In this document: piece after piece, positions 41,428-53,709 of the stretch | Layout of the letters: the number at the start of each line of letters is the position of its first letter | Numbering within the stretch: the stretch's first letter is position 1 | Origin: an uncultured delta proteobacterium | Lineage (GTDB): Bacteria > Myxococcota_A > Polyangia > Polyangiales > JAFGIB01 | Direction: 5' to 3' | DNA: 64,000 bases | Assembly (NCBI GenBank): GCA_963778655.1 | Contig: CAVZVA010000003.1 | Coordinates: 160,001 to 224,000, forward strand | Notes under the pieces: generated by a model | Database searches by the model: none | What the model was told of the DNA's origin: nothing | The model's input: the letters and a program-made list of their open reading frames with translations, nothing else | Program-made: the position numbers and the translations under genes

Positions 41428-42650
41428 CCCGGCTCGTCGATTACGATCGGATCACGGGCCGCGGCGTGATCGAGGAGCTGGAAACGCTGGCCGAGCAGGT
41501 CGCGGGCAAGACCTTCCAACACGTGAACTCGACTTACACCGGAGGCGGCGTCGCCGAGATTCTCGGTCGCATGGTGCCCTTGCTCTCGGAGCTCGGGGTG
41601 GCGGTGACCTGGTCGGTGGTGAGCGGCGACACGCCCTTCTTCGAGGCGACCAAGAAGCTGCACAACGCGCTGCACGGCCGAGGCGAGGCGCTGAACGCCG
41701 CGGAGCTGGCCGTCTACAGCGAAACCAGCGATCGACATCTGCACGAGCTGCAGACCACGGGCGACGTGATGGTGATCCACGACCCGCAGCCCTGCGCGCT
41801 GGTGCGCAAGAGGCGCCCGGAGCAACGCTGGATCTGGCGCTGTCACATCGATCTCTCACGGCCTGTCCCGGAGGCGTGGGAGGTGCTGCGCCCTCTGGTC
41901 GAGCAGTACGACGGCGCGGTGTTTTCTGCGCCGCAATTCGCACGCGAGCTGAAGGTCCGACAGTTCCTGGTCGCCCCCTCGATCGATCCCCTGAGCGAGA
42001 AGAACGGCGAGCTCTCCCCCGAAACCGTGCGAGCGGTGCTGGACCGTTACGGGGTCCCGACCGATCTGCCCCTGGTGACGCAGGTCTCGCGCTTCGACCG
42101 CTTGAAGGATCCGGTGGGCCTGATCGAGGCGTTCGAGATCGTGCGCAAGAACGTCGACTGCCGGCTGGTGCTGGCCGGCGGCACGGCCAGCGACGATCCG
42201 GAGTCGGAAGCCACGCTGGCCGAGGTGCAGGAGCGCGCGGGCAACAACCCCTTCATTCACGTGCTGCTGGTGCCCCCCAAGAGCGACCGCGAGATCAACG
42301 CGCTGCAGCGTGCCTCGGCGGTGGTGGTCCAGAAGTCGCTCGGCGAGGGCTTCGCCCTGACCGTCAGCGAGGCGCTGTGGAAGGAGCGTCCGGTCGTCGC
42401 CACCGCGGTCGGCGGCATCCCCCTGCAGATCAAGGACGGCATCACCGGGCTGCTCAGCCACGGCATCGCCGGCACCGCCCACAACATCCGCCAGCTGCTC
42501 GCGAACCCGGCCTACGCCAAGCAGCTGGCGCGCAACGGGCGCGAGCACGTGCGCCAGAACTTCCTGATCACGCGACACATGCGCGACCACCTGCTGCTCG
42601 GGCTCGCGCTGTCGCACGAAGGGGCGGTGATCCGCCTGTCGCGCCGCTGA
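41424..42650 (+). CDS. treT: Trehalose glycosyl-transferring synthase (TreT, GT4)
   Basis: HVNSTYTGGGVAEIL, TKKLHNALHG, IHDPQP, WRCHID, SIDPLSEKN, QVSRFDRLKDP and EGFALTVSEA. GTG overlaps the upstream TGA. Confidence 0.88.
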   Translation: MTRLVDYDRITGRGVIEELETLAEQVAGKTFQHVNSTYTGGGVAEILGRMVPLLSELGVAVTWSVVSGDTPFFEATKKLHNALHGRGEALNAAELAVYSETSDRHLHELQTTGDVMVIHDPQPCALVRKRRPEQRWIWRCHIDLSRPVPEAWEVLRPLVEQYDGAVFSAPQFARELKVRQFLVAPSIDPLSEKNGELSPETVRAVLDRYGVPTDLPLVTQVSRFDRLKDPVGLIEAFEIVRKNVDCRLVLAGGTASDDPESEATLAEVQERAGNNPFIHVLLVPPKSDREINALQRASAVVVQKSLGEGFALTVSEALWKERPVVATAVGGIPLQIKDGITGLLSHGIAGTAHNIRQLLANPAYAKQLARNGREHVRQNFLITRHMRDHLLLGLALSHEGAVIRLSRR

Positions 42651-42728
42651 GCGCGCATGCGGCCGCAGGGCGCGTGGGCCCGGGGCGGGAAGCGCCCCGG
42701 GCGGGGCGGCTGGGAACGCCCGCGCGGA

Positions 42729-43571
42729 TCAGCGCACGCGCTCGCCGAGGTACTTGAGCAGGTCGATATAGGACACGATGCCCTCGAGGCGCCCGGCCGC
42801 GTCGACCACGGGCAATGCGCCGAAGCGATCGGTGAGCAACGCATCGAGCGCCTGCGCGATCGGATCGGTCCGCCGCAGCGTGCGCGGCTGCGGCGTCATC
42901 ACCTGCCTGACCTGCAGGTGCGCGACCCGCTCCGGCAGGCGCTGAACCGCCAGCGCGCGCCGCGGATCGCCGATCGCGCCGCGCACATCGCGGTCGGAGA
43001 CGATACCGATCAGGAAGCCGTCGCCGTCGACCACGCACAGGTGGCGCACGCCTGCACGGGCCATCCTCGCGACCGCCAGCATCAGCGCGTCATCGCCGTG
43101 AGCCACCACCGGCTCGCCGCTCATGATCGTGCCGACCGTGTCCTCGCCATGCTCGCCGCCGCGCGCCCGCGCTTGCTGGTGATCGGCCGGGTACTGCGCG
43201 ACGACCCCCAGCACGTCGCCGACCGTCACGATGCCGACCAGCACGCTGGCGTCGATCACCAGCAGGCAGCCGAGCTTCTTGGCGCTCAGGTCGGCCGCGG
43301 CGTCCGCGACGTCGGCCTTGGGAGAGACGTGCTCGGGCGGATGCACCATGAAATCACGCACCGGCCGCCCCATCACGCCCTGATCGCGGGCGCCCTCGTG
43401 CGCGCGCAGGATATCCCGCTCGCTGATGACCCCGCTGGCGCGACCATCCGCCGGCCGCAGCACCGGCAGGTGGCGTACCCCGTTCCACAGCATCAGCTGC
43501 CGGGCCAGCCCGAGGCTGTCGTCCTCTGCGATCGTCGTGACGTTGCGCTGCATCACGTCCTGGACCTTCAT
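42729..43571 (-). CDS. Protein with four CBS domains (two Bateman modules)
   Basis: VRHLPV...GVISERDI; LGCLLV...GIVTVGD; VRHLCVV...GIVSDRD; GALPVV...GIVSYID; GAGGAGG RBS. Confidence 0.92.
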   Translation of the reverse strand: MKVQDVMQRNVTTIAEDDSLGLARQLMLWNGVRHLPVLRPADGRASGVISERDILRAHEGARDQGVMGRPVRDFMVHPPEHVSPKADVADAAADLSAKKLGCLLVIDASVLVGIVTVGDVLGVVAQYPADHQQARARGGEHGEDTVGTIMSGEPVVAHGDDALMLAVARMARAGVRHLCVVDGDGFLIGIVSDRDVRGAIGDPRRALAVQRLPERVAHLQVRQVMTPQPRTLRRTDPIAQALDALLTDRFGALPVVDAAGRLEGIVSYIDLLKYLGERVR

Positions 43572-43765
43572 GCTCGCATCCTCCTCGTCGCTGCGTTTGC
43601 GGGCTCCCGTGCGATCGCGGGGCCAGCGCAGAATACATACGCACCGCGGGCGTCCGCGCTAAATCAGAGCTCGCTTGATCGGTCATCCAATGGCGCCGGG
43701 CCGCCGCGGATGCGCTCCGGCGGCGCGGGCGCTCGAGCTCGCAGGGTCACGCTGGCGACCGCCGT

Positions 43766-45041
43766 TCAGGCGGCGTGCCGCGCGTTCTCCAGCCCCAGGC
43801 GGCGCTGCAACTCGCCGCGCAGCTTGCGAAGCGCCATCTCCTGAAGCTGGCGGATCCGCTCGCGCGACAGGTTGTACTTGCAGCCGACCTCTCGCAGCGT
43901 GTGCCCTTCCCCCCCGTCGAAGCCGAAGCGCAGCCGCAGCACGTCGGCCTCGATCGGCGAGAGCGCGCCCATGAGCTGGGCGACCTCGTCGGCGAAGCGC
44001 GCGAGGTCGAGCCTGTCGTCGAGCTCCACCTCGATCGGTGCTGCAATGACCTGGTGCGGGCTGCGCTCGCCGTCCTCGGCGGACACGGGGTCGATCGACA
44101 CCGGTCGCGAGAGCGCGCGCTGCTCGCGCAGGGCTTCGAGCTTGTCCAGCGAGAAGCCGGTGCGACCCGCCAGCGCGGCGTCGCTAGCGACGCCGCCGGT
44201 GCTGCTCTCGATCGCCGCTTGCGCGCGCGCCACGCGCTGCAAGGCGTCGAGCGTGTGGACCGGGATGCGCACGAGCCTGCCCTTGTCGGAGAGCGCTCGG
44301 TTGACATAGTGGCGGATCCACCACACCGCGTAGGTACTGAAGCGCACTCCACGGCTGCGGTCGAAGCGCTCCACCGCCTGGATCAGCCCGAGGTTGCCCT
44401 CCTGAACCAGATCGGCCAGCGGCAGCAGGCTGCGCTCGTAGCGATGGGCGACCGAGAGCACCAACCGCAGGTTCGCGGTGACGAAGCGGTTCTTCGCCTC
44501 TCGCTGGGCCCCGCGGGCGCGCGCCACCCGGGCCAAATAGCGGGCCGCGCCCGGAACGCCCGCGAAGGCTTCGCGCGCGGCCGCGTCCGCCGCCTTGAGC
44601 GCCGCCCCGTCGGCATCGAGCGCCGCCAGCCGCGGCGCGACCATATCCGCGCCCCGGCGCGGGCTGCCCGCCTCGCGTTGCGTGCTGCGCGCACGCCGGG
44701 GCGCCGGCTTGCGCAGCGGTGCGCCGCGCTTGGCCAGCGCGCGGAGGCGTGCGGCCGACGCCGGCTGCAGCGACTCGAGCGCGGTGGCAATCACGGCCAG
44801 CGCCGGGCGGTGGCTCAACAGCGCACGCCAGTGCTCCATCTCCAGCGCCTCGAATCTCGCGCGCCAACTCGCTTTCCTGCTCGGAGGAGAGAAGCTCGTG
44901 TCCTTGCAACTCGCCGTAGTAACGCTGCAGCACATCGGCGCTACCGGGGAGCCGCACCGCGCGCGCCGCTGCCGCCAGCCTTCTGGAGCCACGCAGCTCG
45001 CGCCTGTTCGCCTTGCCTGGCTTGACTTGCTCTGGTGTCAC
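43766..45041 (-). CDS. Sigma-70 family (RpoD/RpoS-like group) sigma factor with an apparent +1 frameshift near 44853
   Basis: Region 1.2 DVLQRYYGELQGHELLSSEQESELA in the frame of ORF 44184..45086. ANLRLV, DLVQEGNLGL, RFSTYAVWWIR and SRERIRQ in the frame of ORF 43766..44992. Confidence 0.88.
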
Positions 45042-45246
45042 CGTGTCGTCCTCGCGGCGGCGCGCATTCTCGGCAAGCACCCGCACCGCGCGCTGCGCGG
45101 GTCCGTACCACCAACATGGCCATCACAGGGTCCATGTCAACGTCCGCGCTTCCCCCACTTCTGGCGGTCAACGATCTGGTCGCGGCAGGGCCGGCAGTGA
45201 CGTTGGGGTAGCTTGACGCGCTCCAAGCTGGGGATAGGCATCCAAC

Positions 45247-47448
45247 ATGGTCTACACGGCCAAAGCGCTCGCTCCCGCGGCCGGCGCGCTGTGCGCTGCG
45301 GCGTGTTGCGCGCTCGGCGCGTGCGCGGCCGGCGGCCTGCCCCGCCTCGAGCTGAGCTGCGCCGCCGACGATTCCGGCGACGCTCCTGTGCTGACCGCGC
45401 TGGCGCGACTGACCGACGGAAGCGCGCTCGGCGAGCCGGTCGCGGTAACGATCGCCATCGCCGACCAGACGCACACCTTCAGCGTGCAGGGCGGGCACGG
45501 CCAGGGCCTGGGCAGCTTCAGCGGCGTGCCCGTGTCCGCCGGCAGCGTGCTTCACGCGAGCGCACGTACGCCGGACGGCGTCGACGTGCAGGCCACATGC
45601 AGGGTCGCGACCGAGCTGGCGCCCCCGGATCCGGCTGCGCAGGCAACCCCGAGCGGCGCGCGCGTGAGCTGGCCAAGCGTCCACGGCGCCAGGCTGTATC
45701 GCGTGACCGCGCTCGATTTCACCAACGGCACCACGCTCGCCAGCGCCACCGTCGGTGACGGCGCCTCGCCGGTCGCGCTGGCCTTCTCCAAGCCGGCCGA
45801 TCACGTGGCGGTGGTGGAGCTGGTGGCCGATGCGGTGGACCCGGCTAGGGACCAGCCCGTGCCGCTGCCTGCGCCCGCCCGCTCGCGCAAGCAGGTGCTG
45901 TTGACCGCGGGCAGCGACGGCGGCTCGGGGGCCGCGTGGCAGCTCTTTGGTCCCGGCGACTTTGTGGACGGCACGCTGCAGATCGCCTTCGCCGACCTCG
46001 GCAGCGACGAGCACGTGGCCCTCGTGCTGGCCAACGCGGGCGGCAGCGACTCCAACGCCGAGGGCGGATCCGATGGCGGAGTGCCCGCGGCCAGCGTGAG
46101 CGTCACCGGCACCGGCGCGCCGCTTGCGGGTGGAGCGGTGGCCGTGGCCTTGAGCATGGGTACCGCCCAGCAAGTCGACCTCGGCACCGAAGAGCCTGCG
46201 CGCGAGCGACAACGCCAAGCCGAGGCGGCGATTCTCGGCCGCAGCAAGCCGCGGCCGGAGATCGCGGCGGGCGCGGCGCCAAAGGTGGGCGACCGTCACG
46301 CCTTCTGTGTATGCGATTGGTCGAGCGGCGCGTGCGCGAGACAGCGCCGAGCCCAGGCCACGGTCAGGTTTCGCAGCCCGCACGCGGCGTTCTTCGTGGA
46401 CGACGCAGCACAAGCCGGTTTCGACGACGCGATCGCGAACGGATTCCCCAGCCTCTGGCAGGATCTCGGCAACGTCTACGAGACGCAGGTGTTGCCGGCC
46501 ATCGAGGGAGCGTTCGGCACGCCCACCGACGTGAACCAGGACGGAGTCATGTGGTTGCTGTTCGCCGATCTCGGGCCGAGCTCCGGCGAAGGCATGATGA
46601 TCGGCAACTTCGACGTCCACGACGCCTACTACCCTTCCGACACCACCCCGGACTGCAGCGGTGAGGGCGAAGGCCGCGGCTCCAACGGCGCCGACCTCTT
46701 GTACCTGCGCGACCTCGCCAGTTTCGTCAGCGAGGGCGGTGCGGACTTCACCCCAGAGCGTGTGCTCGGTGAGCTCTACCCCAACAGCATGGCCCACGAG
46801 CTGCAGCACGACATCAACTTCAACGTCCATTGGCGGCTCGGCCGAGCGATGCAAGGTCCGGTGGCAGAAGAGAGCTGGCTCGACGAAGGGCTCTCAATGG
46901 TCGCCGAGGACGTCGCTGGCTATGGGCTTGCACGGCCCGCTGCACGCAACTCCATTCGGCGCTATCTGCAGCGGTATCCCGGCTTCAGCCTGACGTCCTG
47001 GGATGGCGACGTCTACGGCAACTACGGCGGTGCGCATGCCTTCTTGCGCTACTTCATGGACCGCCAGGGCGACCAGCTCGCACGCCGACTCGAAAACGCG
47101 GCCCTTACCGGAAAGGCGAGCTTCGAAGCCGCGACCGGGCTTCCCTTCGCTCTGGCCCTCGCTCGGTTCGCGACTGCTTCGCTGTTCTCCAACGAGCCGT
47201 TCTCGCCCGATCCCGGCTTCGACTACACGGGCCCAAGCTGGACCCCGTGGTACAGCGCGGTCGGGCCGGCGCGCTACCAGGTGCTCGAGCCCCATCAGCC
47301 GGGCACGGTGTACAGCCTGCGCACGGATGGCTGGACCAGCTATGTGACGGGCACCGGCAGCGGGGGCCCGGTCGTAATCTCGGTCCACAGCGAGGCCGCG
47401 CTGCGCCCTTACGTCGTGGCGGTCCGCTTCAAAGGCGAGCTGCCCTGA
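45247..47448 (+). CDS. Lipoprotein zinc metallopeptidase (gluzincin, M30-like)
   Basis: ALGAC lipobox; FGTPTDVNQDG; AHELQH zinc motif followed by WLDEGLS. Confidence 0.8.
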   Translation: MVYTAKALAPAAGALCAAACCALGACAAGGLPRLELSCAADDSGDAPVLTALARLTDGSALGEPVAVTIAIADQTHTFSVQGGHGQGLGSFSGVPVSAGSVLHASARTPDGVDVQATCRVATELAPPDPAAQATPSGARVSWPSVHGARLYRVTALDFTNGTTLASATVGDGASPVALAFSKPADHVAVVELVADAVDPARDQPVPLPAPARSRKQVLLTAGSDGGSGAAWQLFGPGDFVDGTLQIAFADLGSDEHVALVLANAGGSDSNAEGGSDGGVPAASVSVTGTGAPLAGGAVAVALSMGTAQQVDLGTEEPARERQRQAEAAILGRSKPRPEIAAGAAPKVGDRHAFCVCDWSSGACARQRRAQATVRFRSPHAAFFVDDAAQAGFDDAIANGFPSLWQDLGNVYETQVLPAIEGAFGTPTDVNQDGVMWLLFADLGPSSGEGMMIGNFDVHDAYYPSDTTPDCSGEGEGRGSNGADLLYLRDLASFVSEGGADFTPERVLGELYPNSMAHELQHDINFNVHWRLGRAMQGPVAEESWLDEGLSMVAEDVAGYGLARPAARNSIRRYLQRYPGFSLTSWDGDVYGNYGGAHAFLRYFMDRQGDQLARRLENAALTGKASFEAATGLPFALALARFATASLFSNEPFSPDPGFDYTGPSWTPWYSAVGPARYQVLEPHQPGTVYSLRTDGWTSYVTGTGSGGPVVISVHSEAALRPYVVAVRFKGELP

Positions 47449-47500
47449 GCCAGCCTTGTCAGGATCTCGTCAGATCGGTGCTGCGCCCGCAGCGTAGTCG

Positions 47501-47806
47501 CTAGTGCAGCGCGCCGATTACCGCGTCCTGCGCTACCAGCTCGTAGCGATCGAAGGCGTTGCGCACCGCCAGGATGACGTCCGGGTCGTGCTCGCTCACC
47601 ACCACCGAACCCGGCCCTTCCAGCCGCACCTCATGCGTGTCGAGGTCTCCCCCGGGCCTGCTTTCCACCACCACGGTGAGCGGGCCTTGCAGCCAGCGCT
47701 CCTTGGCGCAGCGCTGGGCGAAGTACAGGATTTCCTCCGAAGGAGGATGCTGAACGAAGCGAACCGTGACCTCGCCGAGGCGTTCACGCTGTCTCTGGAT
47801 CGGCAT
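47501..47806 (-). CDS. Divergent HPF/RaiA (ribosome hibernation)-like small protein
   Basis: [14 protein letters not shown]...LTVVVE...EVRLEGPG...[11 protein letters not shown] follows the HPF fold pattern; GGAAGGGG RBS. Confidence 0.5.
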   Translation of the reverse strand: MPIQRQRERLGEVTVRFVQHPPSEEILYFAQRCAKERWLQGPLTVVVESRPGGDLDTHEVRLEGPGSVVVSEHDPDVILAVRNAFDRYELVAQDAVIGALH

Positions 47807-48242
47807 GATCGTCCCCTTCCCCATGTTGCGTATTGACTGCGGCACGACGCCCGAACCTTCGCGCCGACTGGGTCAACCCCCAGTTCGCCCGAAATATTCC
47901 CGCGGGGGCGCAGCGCAAGTCGGGCCGTCAACCGCGCCAGTGGAACGATCGACTAACGCTCAGGCCCAGCGCCCGCGCGGCCTGCTCGTACAGCGGCGCG
48001 CCGGGCTGGCTGTCCGCGGAGGGGCAGCACCGGCAGCGCGCACGCGGTCTCGCTCGTGCGGTCGGGGCGCGGGCGCCCGGCCAGGGACCAACAGCCCCCG
48101 CCACCAGCGCATGGGCGGTCGCACCTCGCATGCGGCCCACCACCCTGACATGGCCCCGCGCGGGCCCCGCGCAGCGCTTGACGCCCGCCGGCCGGGGCCT
48201 ATTTCGATCCACGCAGCGCGGCGAAAGCGTTTACCCCTCGCC

Positions 48243-49999
<1,757 letters not shown>

Positions 50000-50003
<4 letters not shown>

Positions 50004-50980
50004 GCGACCTCGACATCACCCGCGAGCACGCGCTCGAGCTGCTGCATCAGATGCTGCGCATCCGCCGCTTCGAGGAGAAGGCGGCCGAGCTCTACACGCA
50101 GCAGAAGATCCACGGCTTCCTGCACCTGTACGTGGGCGAGGAGGCGGTCGGGGTGGGCGCGATGGGCGCGTTGACGCCGGACGACGCGGTGGTGACGACC
50201 TACCGCGAGCACGGTCACGCGCTGGTGCGCGGCATTCCCGCGGCCGCGATCATGGCGGAGATGTACGGCAAGGCCAACGGCTGCGCGCGCGGCCGCGGCG
50301 GCTCGATGCACCTGTTCGACGCGCAGCGGCGCTTCTACGGCGGCTACGCGATCGTGGCCGGCGGGCTGCCGGTAGCGGTGGGCCTGGCGCTCGCGGACAA
50401 GCTGCAGAACAGGCGGCGCGTAACCGCATGCTTCTTCGGCGACGGCGCGACCGACGAGGGCGAGTTTTGCGAGTCGCTGAACCTCGCGGCGCTGTGGCAG
50501 CTGCCGGTGCTGTTTCTGTGCGAGAACAACCTGTACGCTATGGGGACTGCGCTTGCGCGCCACGCCGCGGACGTGGAGCTCAGCCACCGCCCGGCCGCCT
50601 TCGGCATCCCTGCCGAGAAGATCGACGGCATGGACGTGCTCGCCGTGGAGCGCGCCACTCACTACGCGGCCGAGATGGTGCGCGCGGGCGGCGGGCCGCG
50701 CTTCCTGGAGCTGCGCACTTACCGCTTCCGCGCGCACTCGATGTACGACGCGGAGCGCTACCGGAGCAAAGCAGAAGTGGCGGAATGGAAGAAGCGAGAC
50801 CCGATCGATGCCTGGGTCGCGCGCCTGCGCGACGCCGGCCTGCTCGGCGACGCCGACCTCGAAGGCTTCGAGCGCGCGGTCGCCGCCGAGATCGAGCAGG
50901 CGGTGCAGGCGGCCGAGCAGGGGCCGTGGGAGCCCGAGGCCGAGCTCACGCGCTTCGTGTACTCGGAGAAGCAATCATGA
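50000..50980 (+). CDS. pdhA: Pyruvate dehydrogenase E1 alpha subunit
   Basis: [33 protein letters not shown]...ENNLY TPP motif and [11 protein letters not shown] overlaps the acsA stop. Confidence 0.93.
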
Positions 50981-51969
50981 GCCCGCGCACCACAACCTAC
51001 CGCGAGGCGATCCGCGCGGCGTTGCGCAAGGCGCTCGGCGCCGATCCGCGCGTGTTTCTGATGGGCGAGGACGTGGGCCGCTACGGCGGCGCGTACGCGG
51101 TCAGCAGCGGGCTGCTGGAGGAGTTCGGGCCCGAGCGCATCCGCGACACGCCGCTGTGCGAGTCGACCTTCCTCGGCGCAGGCATCGGCGCAGCGCTCGG
51201 CGGCATGCGGCCGATCGTGGAGATCATGACCGTCAACTTCAGCCTGCTCGCGATCGATCAGATCGTGAACAACGCCGCGGCGCTGTCTCATATGTCGGGC
51301 GGCCAGTTGCACGTGCCGCTGGTCGTGCGCATGGCCACCGGCGGCGGCAAGCAGCTCGCTGCGCAGCATTCGCACAGCCTGGAGAACTGGTACGCCTCGA
51401 TTCCCGGTATCAAGGTGCTGGCGCCGAGCACAGCGCAGGACGGCTACGACATGCTGCTGTGCGCGCTCGCCGAGCCCGACCCGGTGGTGATCTTCGAGCA
51501 CCAGGTGCTGTACGCGGCCGAAGGCGAGCTGGAAGAGGCCCCCTCGCAAGCGCCCGACGTGTGGTGCTCGCTCTTGCGGCGCGAAGGACGCGACCTGACC
51601 CTGGTCAGCTACGGCGGCAGCGCGCCCAAGGCCCTGGGCGCGGCTGCCGAGCTCGCCGGCAAAGGCATCGAGGCGGATGTGATCGAGCTGCGCTGCCTGC
51701 GGCCGCTCGATCTCGCGCCCGTGCTGCAATCGCTGGCGCGCACGCACCGGTTGCTGGTGGTGGACGAAGGCTGGCGTAGCGGCAGTCTGGCGGGCGAGGT
51801 CATCGCGCAGGTGGTCGAGCGCGGCTTCTACGATCTGGACGCAGCGCCCGTGCGCGTGTGCAGCGCCGAGGTCCCCATCCCCTATGCTGCCCACCTCGAG
51901 CGCGCCGCCTTGCCGCAGGTCGAGGGCATCGTGCGCGAGGCTGTCGAGCTGGTCGGGCGCAATGGCTGA
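50977..51969 (+). CDS. pdhB: Pyruvate dehydrogenase E1 beta subunit
   Basis: [32 protein letters not shown] and DPVVIFEH. Confidence 0.93.
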   Translation: MSPRTTTYREAIRAALRKALGADPRVFLMGEDVGRYGGAYAVSSGLLEEFGPERIRDTPLCESTFLGAGIGAALGGMRPIVEIMTVNFSLLAIDQIVNNAAALSHMSGGQLHVPLVVRMATGGGKQLAAQHSHSLENWYASIPGIKVLAPSTAQDGYDMLLCALAEPDPVVIFEHQVLYAAEGELEEAPSQAPDVWCSLLRREGRDLTLVSYGGSAPKALGAAAELAGKGIEADVIELRCLRPLDLAPVLQSLARTHRLLVVDEGWRSGSLAGEVIAQVVERGFYDLDAAPVRVCSAEVPIPYAAHLERAALPQVEGIVREAVELVGRNG

Positions 51970-53317
51970 GTTCCTCATGCCCGCCCTGGGCGCCGACATG
52001 GAAGCCGGCACGCTGGCGGCCTGGCGTTGCAAGCCGGGCGATCGGCTGGAGCGCGGGGACATCATCGCGGAGGTGGAGACCGACAAGGGCATCATCGAGG
52101 TCGAGGTCTACACGCCGGGCGTGGTCGAGCGCTTCCTGGTCGAGCCCGGACGCAAGCTGCCGGTCGGCACGCCGCTGGCCGTGCTGCGCGACGACGAGCC
52201 CGCGCCCGCGGCTCAGCAGCCCGCTGCCGTGGTCTCTGTGCTGCCAAGCGCGCAGCCCGCCACGTCGGCCGCGACGGCGCAGGCCGGCGCGGCCGAGCGG
52301 AAGGTGCCGCGCGCATCGCCGTCGGCGCGCCAGCGCGCGCGCGAGCTCGGGGTCAATCTCGCAGCCTTGCCGGCACCCGGCGGCCACGCCTTGACCGCAC
52401 AAGACGTGGAGCGCGCGGCGCGCGAGGCCGGCGCCGCTGGGACCCGCGCCGGAGCTGCGCCGGCCACCGGCCTCCACGCGGCCGCGGGCTCACGGCGGCG
52501 CGTGTCGCCGGTTGCGCGCCGTCGCGCCCGCGAGCTGGGCGTCGATCTGGCGACGTTGCGCGGCAGCGCCAAGGACGACGGTGCGATCGGGCTCACGGAC
52601 GTGGAACGCGCCGCGGCAGGGCCGGGCGGCACGCCCGGCGCTGCGTCCGATCGGCAGCGCGCGCTGCGGCGCGCGATCGCCGCGAGCATGGCGCGGGCCA
52701 AGCGCGAGATCCCGCACTACTACCTGAGCACCACCGCCGATCTCGGCACCGCCAGCGCATGGCTCGACGCGCGCAACGCCGAGCGCAGCGTGCGCGAACG
52801 CCTGCTGCTGGGCGCGCTGTTCCTGAAGGCGGTCGCGCTCGCGGCCAAGCGCATGCCGGACTTCAATGCGCGCTTCGAGGATGGGCAGGCGCGGCCGTGC
52901 CCGGAGGTGCACCTGGGCGTGGCGATCGCGCTGCGCGGCGGCGGGCTGATCGCGCCCGCTATCCACAACGCCGACGCGTTGCAGCTCGGCGCGCTGATGG
53001 ACGCGCTGCAGGACCTGGTGGCGCGCGCGCGCACCGGTGCGCTGCGCAGCTCGGAGCTGAGCGACGGCACGCTGACCGTGACCAGCCTGGGCGAGCGCGG
53101 CGTCGAGAGCGTGTTTCCCATCATCTACCCACCGCAGACGGCGATCGTGGGCTTCGGACGCGTGGTGCAACGGCCGTGGGTGGTGGCCGGCGCGGTCGCG
53201 CCACGCCCGGTCGTCACCATCACCCTGGCCGCCGACCACCGCGTGACCGACGGCCACTACGGGGCACGATTTCTGGCCCTGATCGACAACCTCCTGCAGG
53301 AGCCCGACGCGCTATGA
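51962..53317 (+). CDS. pdhC: Dihydrolipoamide acyltransferase (E2): one lipoyl domain, two peripheral subunit-binding domains
   Basis: EVETDKG lipoyl lysine; [14 protein letters not shown] and [14 protein letters not shown]; catalytic ADHRVTDG. Confidence 0.92.
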   Translation: MAEFLMPALGADMEAGTLAAWRCKPGDRLERGDIIAEVETDKGIIEVEVYTPGVVERFLVEPGRKLPVGTPLAVLRDDEPAPAAQQPAAVVSVLPSAQPATSAATAQAGAAERKVPRASPSARQRARELGVNLAALPAPGGHALTAQDVERAAREAGAAGTRAGAAPATGLHAAAGSRRRVSPVARRRARELGVDLATLRGSAKDDGAIGLTDVERAAAGPGGTPGAASDRQRALRRAIAASMARAKREIPHYYLSTTADLGTASAWLDARNAERSVRERLLLGALFLKAVALAAKRMPDFNARFEDGQARPCPEVHLGVAIALRGGGLIAPAIHNADALQLGALMDALQDLVARARTGALRSSELSDGTLTVTSLGERGVESVFPIIYPPQTAIVGFGRVVQRPWVVAGAVAPRPVVTITLAADHRVTDGHYGARFLALIDNLLQEPDAL

Positions 53318-53571
53318 CCCAAGACGAGCTACGCGGCGTGGTACTGCACGCGCTCGGCGCCATCGCACCCGAAGCCGATCTCGAGCAGCTCGACCCCGGC
53401 GAGGACGTGCGCGACGCGCTCGACCTCGACTCGATGGACGTGCTGCGCTTCGCCACCGCGTTGCACGACCAGCTCCACGTGGACATCCCCGAATCGGCCT
53501 ACAGCGAGATCACCACGGTCACGGGCTGCGTCGACTATCTGGGCAGGGCGCTCGGTCGAGCGGCCAAGTAG
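53314..53571 (+). CDS. Acyl carrier protein
   Basis: LDLDSMD phosphopantetheine site; acidic 85-aa protein; ATG overlaps the E2 stop. Confidence 0.88.
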   Translation: MTQDELRGVVLHALGAIAPEADLEQLDPGEDVRDALDLDSMDVLRFATALHDQLHVDIPESAYSEITTVTGCVDYLGRALGRAAK

Positions 53572-53709
53572 CGCTCCGAAGCCTGAATCAGGTTGTTTCT
53601 TCCGTCTTCCCGCCTTGCTGTGGCGCGCCGCGATGGAGGCGCGCGCGTTTTGTCGTGACCCGTTGGCCACGCGGGCCCCCACCAGAGCACGGACGAGGGG
53701 CCCCGCCGC

